Part shown: piece after piece, positions 9,228 to 17,046 of the stretch
Numbering within the stretch: position 1 is the stretch's first letter
How the letters are laid out: each line of letters opens with the position of its first letter
Assembly: GCA_038882655.1 (NCBI GenBank)
Contig: JAVZNT010000007.1
Span: 1-41,699 of the forward strand
Direction: 5' to 3'
From: Candidatus Bathyarchaeia archaeon
GTDB lineage: Archaea > Thermoproteota > Bathyarchaeia > Bathyarchaeales > Bathycorpusculaceae
DNA length: 41,699 nt
The notes under the pieces: generated by a model
Told to the model about the DNA's origin: nothing
The model's input: only the letters and a program-made list of their open reading frames with translations
Databases searched by the model: none
Program-made: the position numbers and the translations under genes

Positions 9228-9802
9228 TTAGTTTGGGTTTTAGCGTATAGTTTTACAGCCTCTGCTATCACATGACCTAACGGAACAGTGTAAAGTGCCA
9301 GCGTAGCATTAAAAAACGCGATGAATGGGAGAGCCGCCATTACTGCTTCTTCTGGCATTGCAAACCCAACCGGCGGCGGAAACCGCAGGAAAGCCCAGTT
9401 AATCACTGTCATAATTCCTACTCTAAAGACTATACCGAAAGCCGTAAGCACAAATGCCAATGTCCGCCTGTCTGCTTGAGGGTTTTTATGAATGATTTTC
9501 GGTATGGAGATGCCTATAAGCATGCTTATCACCGCTGCCAAATTATAGAGCGGACCGGTTAACAGCATGCCTGGAAAAACCATGAGTAATACGAGCGTAT
9601 TTAGTGCTGCGATAGCTATTCCGGCTATGAAACCGTAAAGAAGGAATGCTGCAACTATTGGAATTTCCCACACTTGATATATTAGGTATGGCGCGTAGGG
9701 TGCTGGTATTTTTATTGGAGAAAGATTAAGCGAAATTGTGAGTGCGGCGAATACGGCTATAACGGCTATTGTTTTGACACGTATCCTAACATTTTTTGTC
9801 AT
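9224..9802 (-). CDS. ECF transporter S-component
   Basis: 192 aa, about 6 TM; IAVFAAL, P.APYL.Y..WEIP and FNAT.A motifs of the RibU/PanT-like fold. Substrate unknown. Confidence 0.75.
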   Translation of the reverse strand: MTKNVRIRVKTIAVIAVFAALTISLNLSPIKIPAPYAPYLIYQVWEIPIVAAFLLYGFIAGIAIAALNTLVLLMVFPGMLLTGPLYNLAAVISMLIGISIPKIIHKNPQADRRTLAFVLTAFGIVFRVGIMTVINWAFLRFPPPVGFAMPEEAVMAALPFIAFFNATLALYTVPLGHVIAEAVKLYAKTQTN

Positions 9803-9858
9803 TGATTGCTCCTTTCCCTCTTCCTTCAGTTACCGAAAATCTCTACAATTATTATTAA

Positions 9859-9870
9859 GAGTAGCTACTC
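9859..9870. promoter_or_regulatory. Palindrome GAGTAGCTACTC, candidate operator
   Basis: Perfect 12-bp palindrome in an AT-rich divergent intergenic region. Confidence 0.4.
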
Positions 9871-9938
9871 AAAAATAAGTACAGTTTAACACTTTAAAAT
9901 TTAATATGACTTTTGTCTATCTCTATTTGGGAGAAGCT

Positions 9939-11195
9939 TTGTCAACAAGCCTTAAAATCGCTTTCCATGAGCTTAGGAACTGGCTTGAGGGCGAAACCGG
10001 CGCCGTTCTCAGTCCGGTGCATGCTAAGGCTGAGAGGCTTCTAGGCGAGATGCGGGAAGCCCACCAAGACTTGATTGAGGCTTGCCACATGCTTTTAGAG
10101 AGCAGCCGAAAAGAAATTGAGAAACGTAACATGCGCACTTTTAAGAGGGCTCAAGCCCTAAACAAACTTGCCAAAATCTTCCTTGAAAGGATGCAGCCGC
10201 TTAAGGTTCCTGAGAAACCATCCTTTAACGATGTTGAAAATTTTGTTAACGCCGCCCAGAAGGTTTATGCTGTCACGGATGTTGATGTCAGAAACTGGTT
10301 TCCAAGAATTTCGCCCTTCTTCATAATGGATAGGGGAAAATTTTTAAGGGTTTTTGAAAGCGCAAAAGGTTCGCTTAAGGATGTTAGCGAGTTTTTAACA
10401 AAAGAGTATGTTAAGGCTAAGGTTTTGGAGGAAACCTTCCAGTTCATAGAAGAGGTTAATAAGTTGAAGGAGCGGGCGGCGGCTCTAAGAGAGAAAAGAA
10501 AGAGGACTGAAGCTGAAAGGATGAAAGTTGAGGAGGAGATGGCTGACGTCCACCGTAGGATTGTTGAGCTTGAGAAAAGTGGCGGGTTAAGCCACTTGGC
10601 AGAGTTAGACGAAGCAATAGGCAGATTAAGAAGGGAAGCTGAGTACTGCCTTAGGCACCTTCAAAAGCCTCTAATAAAGCTTCAGTCGCTTGCTTCTCAT
10701 GGTGAGGGGAGCGGCTTAACACCTGAAGAGTTGAAAAAGCTTAATCATTATTTGGAAGATCCTTTTGAGGCTTTAGCTACAGAAAATTTAGGATATCCGC
10801 TTTTGAGGCAGATTCTTCAGAAAGCAATGCGGCTTATGGCTGAGGGCAAGCTTAAACTTAAACCAGATAAGGAACGCAAAGCGAGACAAGCCATAGAAGA
10901 AATCCTCAATAAGGATTCGCTTGCAAGCCTATATCAAAAATGCGTGGACGCCAACCAGCGTAAAGCCCAACTCTCGGCATCCTTAACCTTAACCGAAGCA
11001 AAGAGCGAAATGGCAAAGCTAAATGAGCAAAATGATAGGCTGAAGAAAAAGGCTGAAAGCTTGGAAGCTGAAATAGAGGCGGCTGAAAAAGGCTTAAAGG
11101 ACGTTGCTGCGAAAATTCTCGAGTGTAAAAGCCGCATGGAAAAGAACATCCTCAACTTTTCTGGGAAGAAAGTTGAAATAGCCATCGAGGTTTGA
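9939..11195 (+). CDS. Hypothetical coiled-coil protein
   Basis: E/K/L/A-rich heptad segments, no Walker motif. Likely TTG start at 9939 after GGGAG; the ORF is open from 9906. Confidence 0.75.
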   Translation: MSTSLKIAFHELRNWLEGETGAVLSPVHAKAERLLGEMREAHQDLIEACHMLLESSRKEIEKRNMRTFKRAQALNKLAKIFLERMQPLKVPEKPSFNDVENFVNAAQKVYAVTDVDVRNWFPRISPFFIMDRGKFLRVFESAKGSLKDVSEFLTKEYVKAKVLEETFQFIEEVNKLKERAAALREKRKRTEAERMKVEEEMADVHRRIVELEKSGGLSHLAELDEAIGRLRREAEYCLRHLQKPLIKLQSLASHGEGSGLTPEELKKLNHYLEDPFEALATENLGYPLLRQILQKAMRLMAEGKLKLKPDKERKARQAIEEILNKDSLASLYQKCVDANQRKAQLSASLTLTEAKSEMAKLNEQNDRLKKKAESLEAEIEAAEKGLKDVAAKILECKSRMEKNILNFSGKKVEIAIEV

Positions 11196-11205
11196 GGCAG
11201 AGGTT

Positions 11206-12138
11206 TTGCAGAAGCCAGATCTTAAACAAATTGTCAAAGAAGCCTTCGAAGCCACCTGCTGGGATTTCTGCCGCATCGTTCAAGAGGCAAGAGAGCTAAT
11301 CTGCAAGGAAAATGGGCGAATCGGGAATTTTGAGGTTATCGGGAGGATTGTTAAGCTTTCGCCAGTCGGCGGGGCACTGGTTGTTGGGGACTTGCACGGC
11401 GACCTAGAAAGCCTAATAGAAATCTTAACCAGAAGCAATTTTCTAAATAAGCTAAACCAAAACTCAAATGCAACAATAATTTTTCTCGGAGATTATGGCG
11501 ATAGAGGCCCCTTATCCGCTGAAGTCTATTACACAATCTTGAAGCTTAAGCTACACTTTCCAAGGCAGGTAATCCTAATGAGGGGAAACCATGAGGGACC
11601 AGAAGACCTTTTGGCTTCGCCCCACGACCTGCCATGGCAGCTCCAAGCAAAATTCGGCAACGTGTGGCAAGAAGCTTACAAGGAAATCTTCAAACTTTTC
11701 AAGTGCTTATATAACGCTGTGGTTGTTGAGGAACGCTACCTAATGGTTCACGGCGGTGTGCCGCCACAAGCAAAAAATTTAGAGGATTTAGCCCACGCAC
11801 ATGAGAGGCATCCAAAAGAAAGCCTTTTGGAGGACATCCTCTGGAGCGACCCAAACGAAATGATAAATGAAACGTGCGCTTCGCCTCGCGGAGCAGGAAA
11901 ACTTTTCGGGCAAAAGGTCACGGAGGTAGCCCTACAAAACTTCGGCGTTAACGTTCTCATAAGGGGACACGAGCCCTGCGAGGAAGGCTCCAAAATAAGC
12001 CATAATGGGAAAATCCTAACACTATTCTCGAGGAAAGGACCGCCGTACTTCAATCTTAACGGCGCATATCTGGTAATAGAGCTTTCCAAAAAACCGAGAA
12101 ATGTCAGAGAACTAATATCGTATGTCTATAGGTTCTAA
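11206..12138 (+). CDS. PPP-family Ser/Thr protein phosphatase
   Basis: GDLHGD, GDYGDRG, RGNHE, HGG, LWSDP, SPRG, IRGHE and TLFS motifs. Confidence 0.9.
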   Translation: MQKPDLKQIVKEAFEATCWDFCRIVQEARELICKENGRIGNFEVIGRIVKLSPVGGALVVGDLHGDLESLIEILTRSNFLNKLNQNSNATIIFLGDYGDRGPLSAEVYYTILKLKLHFPRQVILMRGNHEGPEDLLASPHDLPWQLQAKFGNVWQEAYKEIFKLFKCLYNAVVVEERYLMVHGGVPPQAKNLEDLAHAHERHPKESLLEDILWSDPNEMINETCASPRGAGKLFGQKVTEVALQNFGVNVLIRGHEPCEEGSKISHNGKILTLFSRKGPPYFNLNGAYLVIELSKKPRNVRELISYVYRF

Positions 12139-12211
12139 GATATTAAAGCTGGAAGTATAACTTTAAAAAATGGTGCTGAAGATAGATACTTTACTGCTGG
12201 GAGGCTATGAG

Positions 12212-12913
12212 ATGAAAAGCAAGGAGAATCTATTGTTAAGTGCTCTTGGAATAATGTTTGAGCATCTTAGGCATGTAGAAGCTGAAAGAAGACAATTTTT
12301 CTACTTCCACACATTGCTTATTACGGCATTTTTATCCACATCTCCTGTTTTATGGTCCATGTGGAAAGGCGTAGTCGTGATCCTTGTTTATTTTCTTTCT
12401 GCTTTTTCGCTCATAATTTACTACTATAACCTAAGAGCAAACGCCAATATTTCAGAACATGTCACAGTAATCCAATGGATTTCTGAAAAATTAGGGTTGA
12501 TAAAAAAGATGGAAGAATCCGAAAAAGAACATTTAAAACTAAAGCTCAAAAAATTAGGTGTAAAAGAAATAAAGGAATACTCTTTTTTCAAGGATGTATA
12601 CATATGTATTCCTTCTCCGCTTTCAATAAGCATTCACGAGGTAGTTTTCACTTCTTTCCCTAGGTTTTTAACTTCAGTTTTCTTTGCTACGGCAAATGTG
12701 CTTGCTGTTTGGTGTTTGATAGTAGAAATCTTGAGAATTGTTGGCTTAGATGTTATAGTAATGCTGTTTATCCTCATGCTCGCAGCTTTGTTATCATTTG
12801 CATGGATGTGGCGTCATTGCGGACGTAAGCTAAGGCAGATTAAAAGAGAATCGCTTGTTTATAAAAAAGTGCGAAAACCAAAAGAGATAGTTACATGGAG
12901 CGAAACTGGTTAA
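12212..12913 (+). CDS. Hypothetical membrane protein (about 4 TM), AT-rich
   Basis: Two hydrophobic hairpins separated by a charged loop; GGGAGG precedes the ATG at 12212; visibly lower GC than its neighbours. Confidence 0.65.
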   Translation: MKSKENLLLSALGIMFEHLRHVEAERRQFFYFHTLLITAFLSTSPVLWSMWKGVVVILVYFLSAFSLIIYYYNLRANANISEHVTVIQWISEKLGLIKKMEESEKEHLKLKLKKLGVKEIKEYSFFKDVYICIPSPLSISIHEVVFTSFPRFLTSVFFATANVLAVWCLIVEILRIVGLDVIVMLFILMLAALLSFAWMWRHCGRKLRQIKRESLVYKKVRKPKEIVTWSETG

Positions 12914-12976
12914 GAAACCTTAAAAGTTTAGCTTAAGAACTTTTCATTGTTGAAAGTTTGATTAAAGGCGGTTAGT

Positions 12977-13855
12977 TTGAAGTTTGGAATTGTTACGCGA
13001 AACCCAAACGCCTACAGTTCAGCCCAGCTTCGTGAGGCACTGTCTAGACGCGGAATACCTTACGTCTGCTTTAGTTTTCCTTGGATCGTTGCTCGTGTTG
13101 GGTATAAGCCCTACCTAAATGTTAGAAGCGTTGATGTTTTGAAGGATTTGGATGCCTTAATAATCCGTCCGATTGGGCGGGGCTCTTTGGAGGAGATTGT
13201 TTTCCGTATGGATTTGCTTTACCGTCTTGAAAGGCTTGGCTTTTATGTCGTTAATCCGCCAGAAGCCATTGAACACTGTGTTGACAAATATGATTTGCTG
13301 GCGATTTTGGAGGATGCTGGCATACCAGTGCCGCGGACCGCTGTTATGGAGGATGCCGACGAAGCTTTGAGGGCTTTTCATGAGCTTGGCGGAGACGTTG
13401 TTCTTAAGCCCATTTTCGGCTCTAGGGGGATGGGCTCAACACGCATAAACGATCCAGAAGTAGCCTACACAGCCTTTAGGGCCATAACTTTCTATCATGG
13501 CGTAATCTACCTTCAAGAGTTTGTGCCTCATGGATGTTCTGATATCCGCGCCTTTGTTATAGGCGACCGTGTTGTCGCCGCCATGCGCCGCGTCGCCCAA
13601 AGCTGGAAAACTAACTACAGTCAAGGAGCCCGCCCAGAACCAATAAAACTTGACAATCAACTGGAAGATTTAGCCATAAAATCCGCCCAACTAATAAAAT
13701 GCAAAATTGCAGGAGTGGACATCCTAGAAAGCCCAAAAGGTCCGCTGGTGGTAGAGGTTAACAGCCAACCTGGATGGAGGGGCTTACAATCTGTCACGCG
13801 GGTCAATATTGCAGACGAAATAGTCGATTTCGTGCTTTCGGAACTGAAAAAATAG
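12977..13855 (+). CDS. RimK/MptN-family alpha-L-glutamate ligase (ATP-grasp)
   Basis: GSLEEIVFRMD.L, DKY, VLKPIFGSRG.G, YLQEFV, DIRAFV, WKTN..QG and EVNSQPGW motifs; C1-cluster context suggests cofactor glutamylation. Confidence 0.85.
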   Translation: MKFGIVTRNPNAYSSAQLREALSRRGIPYVCFSFPWIVARVGYKPYLNVRSVDVLKDLDALIIRPIGRGSLEEIVFRMDLLYRLERLGFYVVNPPEAIEHCVDKYDLLAILEDAGIPVPRTAVMEDADEALRAFHELGGDVVLKPIFGSRGMGSTRINDPEVAYTAFRAITFYHGVIYLQEFVPHGCSDIRAFVIGDRVVAAMRRVAQSWKTNYSQGARPEPIKLDNQLEDLAIKSAQLIKCKIAGVDILESPKGPLVVEVNSQPGWRGLQSVTRVNIADEIVDFVLSELKK

Positions 13856-13880
13856 AGAGGGGGTATCCAATTTAGCAAAA

Positions 13881-14651
13881 GTGGAGATAGTTAAAATTGA
13901 CACCGCAGCCAAGACGGTCCATAAGACTGAAGACTATGTGGCTGAAGAGAAGCCCATCCACATATTCATAAACAAAAGGCATTATGCCACAATAATGTGC
14001 ACACCAAGAGACCTTAAGGAATTAGCCGTTGGCCACCTCCTAACAGAAGGCATAGCTAAGGCGATTGAAGAAATCGAAAAAATAACGTTTAAAGAGGATG
14101 CGTGTCGCGTAAATCTAAAACCAAGCGTAAACTTCGAAACTCGCCTAAAATTTGCAGGGCTGTTCTCTCGCATAATTCCATCAGCTTGTGGAGGATCCTA
14201 CCAGCCCCAAGTCTTAAAGACCCTTAAGAAAGTCAGCTCGAAAACGGCTGTTAGGGCTGAAACCATCCAAAGCTGCGTAAACAGTTTAAATCGATTAACG
14301 GAAACTTTCAGAAAAACTGGAGGGGTGCATGCCGCCGCCATCTACAAAGCTGATGGGACGCTTTTGGCTTTCGCCGAAGATGTTGGCCGCCACAACGCCG
14401 TGGACAAAGCCATCGGAAAATGCGCCCTAAACAAAGCTTCTTTCGGCGAATGTTTTCTGGCTTTAAGTGGCCGACTGACCGCTGACATAGTCCTTAAAGC
14501 TGCAAGGGTTGGCATACCAATAATAGCCTCCATAGCTGCAGCCTTAAACTCTGGCATAAAGGTTGCCCGAAAGGCGAATCTGACACTAATAGGCTTTGTT
14601 CGCGGAAATCGCATGAATATTTACAACGCGCCGGAGAGAATCCTTTCATAA
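13881..14651 (+). CDS. fdhD: FdhD sulfurtransferase (Mo/W-bis-PGD maturation)
   Basis: E.P..I, LAVGHL.TEG, TGGVHAAA, EDVGRHNAVDK.IG, SGR and GFVRG motifs. Confidence 0.92.
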   Translation: MEIVKIDTAAKTVHKTEDYVAEEKPIHIFINKRHYATIMCTPRDLKELAVGHLLTEGIAKAIEEIEKITFKEDACRVNLKPSVNFETRLKFAGLFSRIIPSACGGSYQPQVLKTLKKVSSKTAVRAETIQSCVNSLNRLTETFRKTGGVHAAAIYKADGTLLAFAEDVGRHNAVDKAIGKCALNKASFGECFLALSGRLTADIVLKAARVGIPIIASIAAALNSGIKVARKANLTLIGFVRGNRMNIYNAPERILS

Positions 14652-15622
14652 GGGTCTTCAGTCTTCTCCGGAAATCGCCTTTCCTTCCCGCCTTTCACAA
14701 GTATGCGCCTTTTGTCTTCTGTGAATATTCCCAAGAAACAAGCTTCAAGGTTGTGCTCTTCCAACACTTTTCCAACCTCGCCTTTGGCTTTTGGGCTGGC
14801 GGCAGCCAAAACTGTGCCGGTTGAAGACATGGAGAGCAGTTGCCTATTCGAAAGCCCGAAACTCTCTTTGAGTTTTTGAGCTTCGGGGCATATTGGAATT
14901 TTTTCAAATTCTATTCTGAACCCAACCCCTGAGGCGTCAGCCATTTCATTTAATGAGGCTACCAGCCCACCCTCTGTTAGGTCGTGCATGGCGTGCATAC
15001 CGTTGATTTCGGCAAGGGCGAGTGTTTCTTTAACGCTGCTTTGAAGGACTACAAGCCTTGACAGTTCGCTGGTTCGCTTTTTCCCGAAAAGTTTTTCAGC
15101 TAAATTCCTATTCATGAGGGCTAGGTTGACGGCTATCTCTAGGCCTAACGGTTTTGTGCAGACAATGAGGTCGTTAGGCTTTGCATTGCCCGGAGTTTTA
15201 AGCTTCTCTTTTTCCACTAGGCCATAGGTTGTGCAAACCCCTACAAGCGTTGACAAACCCTCATATGTGCCAGTGTGCCCAGTCACTACGGCCAAGTCCA
15301 AGTCTTCTGCGGCTTTACATGCTTGCCTCATAACCCCTTGAAAGGTCGAAGGCTTAGTGGCTGGAGGCCCGAGGAGGTTTATGGTGCAGAACTGAGGTTT
15401 GGCTCCGAAAAGTGCCACGTCTGACGCTGCGTAGTGAATTAGAAGCCATCCGAACCATTTTTCTGGAACACCTATGCAAGGGTCTGTGGAGACGACAAGC
15501 CACTTGTCGCCTATCAAGTGCACTCCTGAATCATAGCCAACCATCGGCGGAATAATTATGCGACTGTCCCTTTTAATGCATTTCAACAGTCTTTTGAGGT
15601 TTTTTGGGCTTAGTTTTCCCAT
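14621..15622 (-). CDS. AIR synthase-related (PurM/ThiL/HypE superfamily) protein
   Basis: G.DSGV, STDP, ASDVA..GA.P, GHT and AMHDLTEGGL...L.EMA motifs. Confidence 0.85.
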   Translation of the reverse strand: MGKLSPKNLKRLLKCIKRDSRIIIPPMVGYDSGVHLIGDKWLVVSTDPCIGVPEKWFGWLLIHYAASDVALFGAKPQFCTINLLGPPATKPSTFQGVMRQACKAAEDLDLAVVTGHTGTYEGLSTLVGVCTTYGLVEKEKLKTPGNAKPNDLIVCTKPLGLEIAVNLALMNRNLAEKLFGKKRTSELSRLVVLQSSVKETLALAEINGMHAMHDLTEGGLVASLNEMADASGVGFRIEFEKIPICPEAQKLKESFGLSNRQLLSMSSTGTVLAAASPKAKGEVGKVLEEHNLEACFLGIFTEDKRRILVKGGKERRFPEKTEDPYERILSGAL

Positions 15623-16336
15623 CTATTTTTCCTTTAACAGTTCTATGCCTTTGCTGGTTATGCGGAAGGGAATCCACTCCAACGGATGTTCGCACCCTTC
15701 TATTTTGACTATGCGGAGTTCGCGGCGGCATTTCTCCTCGTTGAATCTGAAGAGGAAGATGTTGTGTGCCTTGTTAAGGTCTAGGTCTGTCGCCCGTTGT
15801 GTGGCGATGTCCTTCTGGGTTGCAGCCGTCATAATGTCAATGTTAACAATGTTGTCGTAGTGACACCAGTTAATCGTCCAATCCTCAACAGGCTCCATAT
15901 ACTTTAAATCGTATAACGCAAAAAGCTGCTCACTGAAATCCCCAGCCGCAAACCTTGTCACACCCTTTTCAGAAAGCAACCGGTCAATACATTTCATTTC
16001 TTCAAAGTCTTCTAGGCTGAAATAGATTACTCGCGGGTCTTTTGGATAAGGCTCAAAATGGGGAAAAGCCTGAATGGCGATAAACCTACCATTCTCAATG
16101 TACGGTTCAATGTTCCAGCCGAAAGACTTGAAATAGGCTATAAGCCTTGGAAAAGGCTTATCCATAACATCATAAGCCACGGTTTCGCCTTCGCACAAGC
16201 CTTGCCATAAAAACTGCATGGCAAAAACAGTTTTGCCAGTTCCCGGCGGACCGTAAAGAATGTTCCTTGAGCCAGACTCGATGCCACCTCCTATTAACTC
16301 GTCGAAACCCTTGATGCCAGTTTTAAGCTTAGCCAT
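15623..16336 (-). CDS. Single-domain KaiC/RAD55-like P-loop protein (degenerate catalytic motifs)
   Basis: KTGIKGFDELIGGG, Walker A GPPGTGKT and C-terminal RELRIVK..G..H....PF.IT.KGI; ATG at 16336 follows AAGGAG. Confidence 0.85.
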   Translation of the reverse strand: MAKLKTGIKGFDELIGGGIESGSRNILYGPPGTGKTVFAMQFLWQGLCEGETVAYDVMDKPFPRLIAYFKSFGWNIEPYIENGRFIAIQAFPHFEPYPKDPRVIYFSLEDFEEMKCIDRLLSEKGVTRFAAGDFSEQLFALYDLKYMEPVEDWTINWCHYDNIVNIDIMTAATQKDIATQRATDLDLNKAHNIFLFRFNEEKCRRELRIVKIEGCEHPLEWIPFRITSKGIELLKEK

Positions 16337-16349
16337 TTTCGCTACTCCT

Positions 16350-16886
16350 TTAAAGGAATATTTTAAGCAGTTTACTTTCATGCAGTAGGAATATTATGTA
16401 GATGCTTATGGCAAGTTCCGGCAGTATATAGCTTCCATTGTATATGGCTGAATAAATCACTGGATGCATTCCTTCAGGGGCGTAGCTGGCGAAGAAAATT
16501 ACTCCTGAAATAAAGTGGGCTAGGAAACGTCCCCAAATTCCAGCATTAACGCCCACAAAGGGACGATTACGGAAAAACCCGGCCAATCCAAGAGCGCCGA
16601 AAGCCAAAGGATAGTCTAAAAGCACCTGAAGCGGATGAACAATAAAGGGCTCAACAGCCAACTGCACAAGCCCATATACAGCAGCTGCAAACAACCCGAC
16701 TTTTGGGCCTCTTCGCAAAGCCAGCCAAAGTATAGGCACCATAGAGCCAGCCGTTACAGACCCGCCTTGTGGAAGACTGAAAACCTTAATGTAGCTTAGA
16801 GCTGTTGCAAGCGCCACAAAAGTTACAACTTCAGCGATTATCTTAGTTGGAGAACTGATTTTAGGCTCTAAACTTTTCTCGTTCAC
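16350..16886 (-). CDS. thiT: Thiamine ECF S-component ThiT
   Basis: PQGGSVT, HPLQVLLDYPLAF, HFISGVIFFASYAPEG and YSAIYNGSY motifs; TPP riboswitch directly upstream. Confidence 0.93.
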   Translation of the reverse strand: MNEKSLEPKISSPTKIIAEVVTFVALATALSYIKVFSLPQGGSVTAGSMVPILWLALRRGPKVGLFAAAVYGLVQLAVEPFIVHPLQVLLDYPLAFGALGLAGFFRNRPFVGVNAGIWGRFLAHFISGVIFFASYAPEGMHPVIYSAIYNGSYILPELAISIYIIFLLHESKLLKIFL

Positions 16887-16983
16887 GGTCTTTCCCTCCG
16901 CCGGTATTACCCGGATCAGGTTCTAGGGGTCGACGGCGCTTAGCCGTCCTCTCAGCCGGGTCACCGCCCAGCTCCCCCAGACC
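16887..16983 (-). promoter_or_regulatory. TPP riboswitch aptamer
   Basis: Minus strand reads GGTCT-GGGGGAGC...GCTGAGAG...GACCCCT-AGAACCTGATCCGGGTAATACCGGCGGAGGGAA-AGACC: the UGAGA and CUGAU..UAAU..GCGnAGGGA consensus elements, with P1 GGTCT/AGACC. Confidence 0.93.
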
Positions 16984-17009
16984 CTTGAGCGGAGTAATTG
17001 TTATGTACT

Positions 17010-17024
17010 TGTATATTTATCTTT
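17010..17024 (-). promoter_or_regulatory. Probable BRE/TATA promoter of the riboswitch-thiT operon
   Basis: Minus strand AAAGATAAATATA about 30 nt upstream of P1. Confidence 0.5.
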
Positions 17025-17046
17025 CCTAAAGTCGAAGTTTGTTAGG

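Noticed and set aside
9939-11195. SMC/Rad50 assignment for the coiled-coil protein
   Set aside because: No Walker A/B, signature motif or zinc hook.
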